DNA from: Gemmatimonas sp. | GTDB lineage: Bacteria; Gemmatimonadota; Gemmatimonadetes; Gemmatimonadales; Gemmatimonadaceae | Assembly (NCBI GenBank): GCA_031414535.1 | Contig: JANNVQ010000054.1 | Location: forward strand, 1-64,000 | Reading direction: 5' to 3' | Length of the DNA: 64,000 nt | Shown here: piece after piece, positions 57,836-64,000 of the stretch | Layout: the number at the start of each line of letters is the position of its first letter | Position numbering within the stretch: position 1 is the first letter of the stretch | Made by a program: the position numbers and the translations under genes | Notes under the pieces: generated by a model | Database searches by the model: none | Seen by the model: only the letters and a program-made list of their open reading frames with translations | Told to the model about the DNA's origin: nothing

Positions 57836-58609
57836 ATGCGCCCATACCATGTCCTACTTCCGCTCGTCGCTGTGGGTTTCTCTGCTTGCCTTGGACTCGT
57901 CGCGCCCAAGCCCGAGGTACCGCGACTCACCGGAAATCTACGGGTGTTGTTTGTTGGCAACTCCCATTCCTATGAGCAGGACCTCTCTGGCCTCGTGCAG
58001 CTGGTAGCCAGGCAAGCAGGCAATACGGAACTGCTGACCGCTCGCGTGGCCTTCGCAAACTATGCGCTCGAAGACCATGCGTACGAGGGCACGGCCCAAA
58101 AGGCACTGGAGGGCTCGCAGTGGGAGTACGTCGTGATGCAGCAGGGGCCGTCGTCGCTCGCCTCGAGCCACTCGCATTTGAGCTATTGGTCACAGTGGTG
58201 GCATCCGCGCATCACGGCGGCACAGGCGATGCCGGTGCTCTACCAAATCTGGCCAAGCGCGGGGAGACGGGGCGATGCTGCGAATGCGCTTCTGTCTTAC
58301 TCGAATGCGGCGGCGCTGGTCGGCGGCTTGCTCGCGCCGGCTGGAGACGCGTTCACCGCGGCGCTCGAGGCGGACGGCGATATTGGCGTCTATGCATGGG
58401 ATGGGATGCACGCGTCGAGGCGCGGCGCATATCTGGCCGCGCTGGTGATTGTCGGCCGCATTCTCGACGTTGACGTGAGAACGCTACCGCCAGTGATCCC
58501 AGGGTCATCCGAACCAGAAGCCATCGTGCGAGCGCTGCAGCAAGCGGCGGCCACCGCACTCGCGCGCAATCCCGCACGGCCAGGCGTTCCGCTGGAGACC
58601 AGGCGATGA
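57836..58609 (+). CDS. SGNH/GDSL-like hydrolase lipoprotein
   Basis: Lipobox FSAC, VLFVGNS, WEYVVMQ, DGMH. Confidence 0.7.
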   Translation: MRPYHVLLPLVAVGFSACLGLVAPKPEVPRLTGNLRVLFVGNSHSYEQDLSGLVQLVARQAGNTELLTARVAFANYALEDHAYEGTAQKALEGSQWEYVVMQQGPSSLASSHSHLSYWSQWWHPRITAAQAMPVLYQIWPSAGRRGDAANALLSYSNAAALVGGLLAPAGDAFTAALEADGDIGVYAWDGMHASRRGAYLAALVIVGRILDVDVRTLPPVIPGSSEPEAIVRALQQAAATALARNPARPGVPLETRR

Positions 58610-59898
58610 AGCGCGCACTCGCAGTGCTGGTATTTGCGATTGGTGGGGTGGCGGCCGGACGCTGGAACCCCGCGGAGCAAGCGCAGCTGGGGCGCGACGC
58701 GTGGCAACGTGCCATTGCACTGCTACGCGCCGGCGATTCCACTCGAGCACTCGCCCAACTGCGCCGCGCGCACGAGGCCTGGCCCGCGCAGCCCGCATAC
58801 AGCGAGGCCCTCGTGCGCCTCGCGGCCCGCTTGGGCGATGCCCGCGTAACTACCGGAACGCTGCAACTGCTCGCCCTGCAAGGGCTAGGTGCGGCGGCGG
58901 CGGCAGACAGCGTCGTCACGGCGCTCGCCGCGGAACACCCCGCCCTCGCGGCTTCTCGTCGGCACGTGCTTCAATCCGGCACGGGTCCCGACCGCTCCGC
59001 GACGCAGGTCGTCAGCACGGATACGCTCTTCTTCCCTGAGGGCCTGAGCGTCGATCCTCGGGACGGGACGCTATTCGTCAGTAGCCTACGCCATCGCAAC
59101 GTATGGGTGATTCCAGCGACCGGCGCTGCACGCTGGTTGCTGCCAGTTGAGGTGGCTGGCCGCGGTGCGGTCTTCGGCGTGAAGCTCGCAGCGGACGGCA
59201 GTACCGTGTGGCTTGCACTTGCACCAACTCCACACATGGGCGCGAGCGTGGCGGACTCGTCGGTGGCGGCCGAGCTGTGGCAGGTGGATCGCGCGTCTGC
59301 CGCGGTCATTCTCCGCGTACCGCTTGGCGATGGCACAGGCGTGCCCGGGGAGCTGGCCCTTGGTACCGATGGCTCCGTGCTCGTCAGTGATGCCGTGCTC
59401 GGGCGGCTGTATCGCTTACGCGCTGGCGCAACGGCGTTGGACGTGATCGAGAGTCCGCTCCTGCGCTCACCGCAGGGCATCGCAGTGCTCCCCGATGGAC
59501 ACAGCGCCATCGTCGCCGACTGGAGTCACGGTCTACTTCGGTGGGATCTCGCGACGGATGAGATCAGCGCGTTGGAAGCGCCGAGTACGATGGCGTTACT
59601 CGGCCTTGACGGTCTGCTGATGGTGAACGGCGCGCTCATCGCCGTGCAGAATGGTGTGAATCCGATGCGCGTGGTACGCGTGCGCCTAGACGCCGATGCG
59701 CGACGCGTGCTTGCCGTGGAGACGCTGGATCGGCCGGCGGAGAACGCGGGCGAGTTCACCGTGATTGCAGCACTCGGACGCGACATCCTCTACGTGGCGT
59801 CGAGTAGTTGGCCGTTCTGGAACGAGCGCGCGCAGCGAATCCCCACGAGCGGCGCACTCCCGCCAGTCACACTCCGTCGCTTCAGGTTGCCGGAATGA
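58606..59898 (+). CDS. Secreted TPR + beta-propeller (SMP-30/gluconolactonase-like) protein
   Basis: FFPEGL..DP, SPQGIA, GLDGL, IAVQNG; ATGA overlap with the upstream gene. Confidence 0.7.
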   Translation: MKRALAVLVFAIGGVAAGRWNPAEQAQLGRDAWQRAIALLRAGDSTRALAQLRRAHEAWPAQPAYSEALVRLAARLGDARVTTGTLQLLALQGLGAAAAADSVVTALAAEHPALAASRRHVLQSGTGPDRSATQVVSTDTLFFPEGLSVDPRDGTLFVSSLRHRNVWVIPATGAARWLLPVEVAGRGAVFGVKLAADGSTVWLALAPTPHMGASVADSSVAAELWQVDRASAAVILRVPLGDGTGVPGELALGTDGSVLVSDAVLGRLYRLRAGATALDVIESPLLRSPQGIAVLPDGHSAIVADWSHGLLRWDLATDEISALEAPSTMALLGLDGLLMVNGALIAVQNGVNPMRVVRVRLDADARRVLAVETLDRPAENAGEFTVIAALGRDILYVASSSWPFWNERAQRIPTSGALPPVTLRRFRLPE

Positions 59899-60970
59899 AC
59901 ACCACAGCATCCATGCCGCCCACCTCGCGTGGCCGCAACGTGAGCGTAGCGGTAGGGCCGTAGAGACGCTCCAATCGCGAACGCAGATTCTTCACCGCCA
60001 TTCCCGCACCCGTGCGCGTGGCGGGCTGCTCGGACGGCGTCCCATCGGGACCATCGTCGCGCACTATGAGGCTGAGGCCGCCATTCTGCGCCCGCGCAAT
60101 GATGCGCACCACGCCTGGACGGCGCCGCTGCCCCATGGCATGCCGTAGTGCGTTTTCCACCAAGGGCTGTAGCGCGAATGCGGGCACCATCCGAGACGAG
60201 AGCCCGGCATCAATTTCCCATTCGACGCTAAGTCGATCGGCGAAGCGCACCTGTTCGATCTCTAAGTAGCGGGCCGTGAGTTCTACTTCCTGCGCCAGCG
60301 TGGTCTCTTGCGCGTCACCCGACGTGAGCGTGGCACGCAGCAGCTCAGAGATGCGTACCAACATCTCTCGCGCCTGCGTGGGATCGCGGCCAATAAGCGT
60401 GACCACAGCGTTCAGCGCGTTGAACAAAAAGTGCGGATTTACCTGCGCGCGCAGGGCTTGGAGACTTGCTTGGGCCACATCTTCGCGCAGGCGCGCCGCG
60501 ACCACTGCTTGTTCCTGCCAGCGGTCGTGCCAGCGCATGGACGCATGCGCGCCGACCACCGCCCAGTACACAACCATCAGGAGATCACCGTACTGGCGAA
60601 TCCCAATGACAATCATGCTCTCGAGGCCACGCGCTTCGTTCATGCCGAAGCCAACCGTCACGCCCCAGATGACAAGAATCTGTAGAGCAATGACGAGCGG
60701 AGACAGCAACGCGTGCGCCGCCAACGCGCGCAGCACGGAGCCGCGCTCCAGCGGCACGCGATCGCCGACCACCACTATGAGTTGGGACCAAAGCGCCCAA
60801 GGCAGCCAGATGAGCAGCTGGGCAGCGAGGACCTCAACGAAGGTGAGATCAGGATTCAGTCGCGAGGGCACGAGACGCAGGCCCAGCGTGGCCACCGCTG
60901 CGGGCAACAACCAGAACCCAACCAAGAGCAGGCGCAGAAAACGTGGCTGCGGCCTCTCGGTGGCGGTCAC
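59882..60970 (-). CDS. LytS/AlgZ family histidine kinase
   Basis: LRAQVNPHFLFNALN, EQVRFADRL, LQPLVENA, DDG. GTG start overlaps the LytTR gene stop. Confidence 0.9.
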   Translation of the reverse strand: MTATERPQPRFLRLLLVGFWLLPAAVATLGLRLVPSRLNPDLTFVEVLAAQLLIWLPWALWSQLIVVVGDRVPLERGSVLRALAAHALLSPLVIALQILVIWGVTVGFGMNEARGLESMIVIGIRQYGDLLMVVYWAVVGAHASMRWHDRWQEQAVVAARLREDVAQASLQALRAQVNPHFLFNALNAVVTLIGRDPTQAREMLVRISELLRATLTSGDAQETTLAQEVELTARYLEIEQVRFADRLSVEWEIDAGLSSRMVPAFALQPLVENALRHAMGQRRRPGVVRIIARAQNGGLSLIVRDDGPDGTPSEQPATRTGAGMAVKNLRSRLERLYGPTATLTLRPREVGGMDAVVFIPAT

Positions 60971-61758
60971 TACTTTCCTTCCAAGCGCGCCTGCACCGCC
61001 TCGCGGCGCGTGCGGGAGACCCGCAGCTTGGTGCCGTCTTTGAGAATCAGTACCTGATCCCCGGCAAACCACGGTTGCAGCTCCTTGATTTGATCGATCG
61101 CGACAATCACGCGGCGATGTACGCGCACGAAGCGCGCCGGATCTAGCCGTGATTCAAGATTGCTCAGCGTCTCGCGTAGCGTGTGCTTCCCAGCACTCGA
61201 GAACAAATCCACATAATTGCCCTCCGACTGCATCCAGCGCACGTCCTTCAGCGCCAGCGGATACGTCCGCTCCCCATCGCGCACGAGCACACGTTCCGCG
61301 AAGGCCGCCGGGCTGGACTCCACCGGAGCGCCATCACCGCTGACGGCGGCGAGTAAGGCGCCGAGGCGTCTGGCTTCTGCCGCAATGGACGCGTGTGCAT
61401 GGGCCCGGACGAGGCGTTGCCAACTGGTAGCGAAGCGTGCGTCGTCGAACGGCTTGAGCAGATAGTCCACGGCCGCTGCATCGAACGCTTCCAGCGCGTG
61501 CGTATCGTACGCGGTCACGAAAACGGTCGCGGGCATCGCCGAGGGGCCAATGGCACTCAGGACCGCGAATCCGTCTCGGCCTGGCATCTGGATGTCGAGA
61601 AAGACGCCTTGCGGGGCCCACTGGCGGATGGCCTCCACGGCCGCGTCGCCATCGCCCACTTCCTTGATGGCGGCCGCTGGGGCGAGCTGACGAACCAGCT
61701 CACGCACGCGTTCACGAGCCAAGGGCTCGTCGTCGGCAATCAGGATGCGATCAATCAC
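60970..61758 (-). CDS. LytTR family response regulator
   Basis: IADDEPLAR, FLDIQMP, FVTAYD, DYLLKP, FVRVHR, VSR. GTG at 61758. Confidence 0.92.
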   Translation of the reverse strand: MIDRILIADDEPLARERVRELVRQLAPAAAIKEVGDGDAAVEAIRQWAPQGVFLDIQMPGRDGFAVLSAIGPSAMPATVFVTAYDTHALEAFDAAAVDYLLKPFDDARFATSWQRLVRAHAHASIAAEARRLGALLAAVSGDGAPVESSPAAFAERVLVRDGERTYPLALKDVRWMQSEGNYVDLFSSAGKHTLRETLSNLESRLDPARFVRVHRRVIVAIDQIKELQPWFAGDQVLILKDGTKLRVSRTRREAVQARLEGK

Positions 61759-61802
61759 GGGGAGAATGTAGCGTTTTACGAGGCTTCGAGCCGCGCATGG
61801 CC

Positions 61803-61839
61803 GGGACGAGCCGTTCGTATTTGGGGACCAACGGTTCGC
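61803..61839. promoter_or_regulatory. Candidate LytTR-binding direct repeat, 21-bp period
   Basis: GGGACGAGCCGTTCG (61803) and GGGACCAACGGTTCG (61824). Confidence 0.5.
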
Positions 61840-61850
61840 TAACTTTCGGG

Positions 61851-63137
61851 ATGCCCGAATCTCCATCGCAATACCAAGTGGTAGTCATCGGCGCCGGTGC
61901 GGCGGGCACGATGGCAGCCATCTTCGCTGCGAGCGCGGGAGCAGGCACGCTGTTGATTGAAGGCACCAAGGATGGTGGCCGCAAGATCCTCATCAGTGGT
62001 GGCGGGCGCTGCAACGTGCTGCCGCTTGAACTCGACGAGTCCCGATTTGTCACCGACTCGTCGCCCAACACGCTGAGGCGCATTCTCCGCTCTTGGCCGC
62101 TCGCCGAGCAGCGGCGCTTCTTTGAGGAGGACGTGGGCATCCCGCTCTCCGAGGAGCCTGAGCTCAAAAAGGTGTTTCCCACGTCACACCGCGCGCGCGA
62201 TGTGCGCGATGGCTTGCTCACACTCGCCCGCGAGCGCGGCGCGAAGATTCGCTTTGAGACGCGCGTGACCGGCCTCACGCCCATCGAAGGGCGCTGGCGC
62301 ATCGAGCTCAGCAACGGGCTGCCTATTGAAGCCGATACCGTAATTTTGGCTACCGGCGGACTCTCGGTGCCCAACACCGGAAGCGACGGCGTTGGCTTGG
62401 AGATTGCGCGCACGCTCGGGCACACGATGCACGACACCTATGCGGCGCTCACACCACTCACCGACGGCAGCGCGCATTTCTCATCATTGGCCGGCATCTC
62501 GCTCCCGGTCACACTGACGGCCCGCGGCGCGGACCGTCGGGCGAGCCACCACGGTGGCTTCCTCTTCACGCATCAGGGTTACAGCGGTCCTGCCGCGCTG
62601 AATGTGTCGCACGTCGCGGTACGGACGCGGCAGGAGAACGCTCCGCGCGCTACCGTGCAGGTGCAGTGGACCCCACTCGGCGAAGCAGATTGGGAAACTG
62701 CCCTCAAGCCTCAAGGCACACGCACCGTACTCGCCGCGGTGCGCGCACACATGCCAGACCGACTCGCCCTGCACCTTTTGGGAGATGCCAACGTCGACTC
62801 GGCGCGCCTGCTCTCGGAGCTTCGTCGCGACGAACGCATCCGGTTGATTGATACGCTCGTACGTGGCGCCCTGCCGTGGACAGGCGACGAAGGCTACAAG
62901 AAGGCCGAAGTCATGGGCGGCGGCGTGTCGCTCGCAGACATTGACTCGCGGACGATGGAGAGCCGCAAGCATCCGGGGCTTTACCTCTGCGGCGAGATCC
63001 TCGACGCCTTTGGACCCATCGGTGGTTACAACTTCTTTTGGTCTTGGGCCACCGGACGTGCTGCGGGGGCTGCGGCAGCTGGCGCCGCGACGGCAGGCCC
63101 AGTGGCGGCTCGCACCGACGAGCCCGGTAAGCGATAG
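61851..63137 (+). CDS. HI0933/BaiN family flavoprotein
   Basis: IGAGAAG, KILISGGGRCN, LATGGLS.P.TGSDG, LFTH.G.SGP, GGYN. Confidence 0.9.
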   Translation: MPESPSQYQVVVIGAGAAGTMAAIFAASAGAGTLLIEGTKDGGRKILISGGGRCNVLPLELDESRFVTDSSPNTLRRILRSWPLAEQRRFFEEDVGIPLSEEPELKKVFPTSHRARDVRDGLLTLARERGAKIRFETRVTGLTPIEGRWRIELSNGLPIEADTVILATGGLSVPNTGSDGVGLEIARTLGHTMHDTYAALTPLTDGSAHFSSLAGISLPVTLTARGADRRASHHGGFLFTHQGYSGPAALNVSHVAVRTRQENAPRATVQVQWTPLGEADWETALKPQGTRTVLAAVRAHMPDRLALHLLGDANVDSARLLSELRRDERIRLIDTLVRGALPWTGDEGYKKAEVMGGGVSLADIDSRTMESRKHPGLYLCGEILDAFGPIGGYNFFWSWATGRAAGAAAAGAATAGPVAARTDEPGKR

Positions 63138-63640
63138 ATCGACACTACCGTTTCGTCGAAATCGAGACGCTTGGCGCCGTTGGGCAGCGAATGCGCGCGC
63201 TGATGCTCGCACACGAGAATGGCGGAGAAGCGCTTCTCGAACCAAGCGTTAATCACGTGGTCGAGCATCTTGCTGCCGTAGGGCGGGTCTACGAATACCA
63301 GATCGTAGGATCCTTCATCGAGCGCGGCAGCAAAGGGAATGGCGTCTTTCTTAAAGACGCGCGTACGCTCCTTCATCCGCAGGGCCGCGATGTTCGCTTT
63401 CAGCGCATGCAGGCTGGCCGGTCGCGTCTCCACGAAATCGCAGCGCTTGGCGCCGCGCGAGAGCGCTTCGAGACCCAATGCCCCTGTGCCGGCAAACAAA
63501 TCGAGACAGCTCGCGCCGTCCAAATCCCGCGCCAGATTGTCCAAGGTTCCCGCGCGGACGTGCTCCGCCGTGGGCCGCACTCGAAAATCGGCCGGAGACG
63601 TGAGGTCCCGCCCTTTGAACTTTCCACCGACAATGCGCAT
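63026..63640 (-). CDS. rsmD: 16S rRNA m2G966 methyltransferase RsmD family
   Basis: MRIVGG..KGR, RPT, LDLFAGTGALGLEALSRGA, DPPY. Confidence 0.9.
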   Translation of the reverse strand: MRIVGGKFKGRDLTSPADFRVRPTAEHVRAGTLDNLARDLDGASCLDLFAGTGALGLEALSRGAKRCDFVETRPASLHALKANIAALRMKERTRVFKKDAIPFAAALDEGSYDLVFVDPPYGSKMLDHVINAWFEKRFSAILVCEHQRAHSLPNGAKRLDFDETVVSIYRLPGSSVRAATGPAVAAPAAAAPAARPVAQDQKKL

Positions 63641-63642
63641 CC

Positions 63643-64000
63643 ATGAGAATACACTCCGTTGCCCTCTTCGCGCTCCTGCTCGGCGCCGCGGCTTTGGTAT
63701 GGCTCACGCTGGCCCTACGACGCTGGTGGAAGGCCCGCCTTCTACATACGCGCATGGACACCGCCTCCCAGGGCGAAGCGCGCGCTGAGGCTTGGCTGGA
63801 GGCCCAAGGCTACCGCATCCTCGAGCGGCAGGTCAGCCGTCGCTGCCAGATGCACATCAATGGGCGGGTGGCTGAGTTCGACGTGAGGGCCGACCTGCTC
63901 GTGCAGATGGGCCAGGAGAGCGTGGTGGTCGAGGTCAAAACCGGGGAAGCCGCCGACCCCCGCCTGCCTGCCACGAGGCGTCAGCTCCGCGAGTATTGCG
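63643..64000 (+). CDS. Membrane-anchored YraN-like PD-(D/E)XK nuclease, 3' truncated (not in the ORF track)
   Basis: Hand translation: MRIHSVALFALLLGAAALVWLTLAL...QGEARAEAWLEAQGYRILER...RADLLV...VVVEVKTG...RQLREY. Confidence 0.7.
   Translation, partial: MRIHSVALFALLLGAAALVWLTLALRRWWKARLLHTRMDTASQGEARAEAWLEAQGYRILERQVSRRCQMHINGRVAEFDVRADLLVQMGQESVVVEVKTGEAADPRLPATRRQLREYC

Noticed and set aside
63659..63886. 75-aa ORF in the track
   Set aside because: The alternative frame starting at 63643 carries the nuclease motifs and is preferred.

Overview
GC-rich bacterial chromosomal window. Gene content and style suggest Gemmatimonadota, but that is inference only. It is densely coding, with about 57 CDS of housekeeping, signalling and envelope function. 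I found no rRNA, tRNA, CRISPR array, transposase or integrase. Main blocks: (1) MBL hydrolase, CsgG-like protein and GAF-HD-GYP phosphodiesterase; (2) a long minus-strand run with hydantoinase A/B, DUF4105, Gfo/Idh/MocA, SpoIID, rimO, yajQ, a short sigma70, lepB, ALDH, an NtrX-like regulator, larE, an aminoacylase and yifB; (3) cyclophilin, esterase, SET protein, TonB receptor, hybrid kinase, a pseudokinase-kinase fusion and a 1347-aa membrane kinase; (4) a TolC-MacA-ATPase operon followed by SIX MacB/FtsX permeases arranged as three A/B pairs; (5) a DEAD-box helicase, M28 peptidase, bshB1-kynA-kynB, LuxR/DUF2231, NlpE-META, LytS/LytTR and rsmD. The most notable observations are the six-permease exporter, a family of heptamer-based inverted-repeat elements (one supplies a gene's RBS, start codon and part of its signal peptide), an unannotated 45-aa membrane ORF coupled on both sides, and a membrane-anchored YraN-like nuclease at the right edge.
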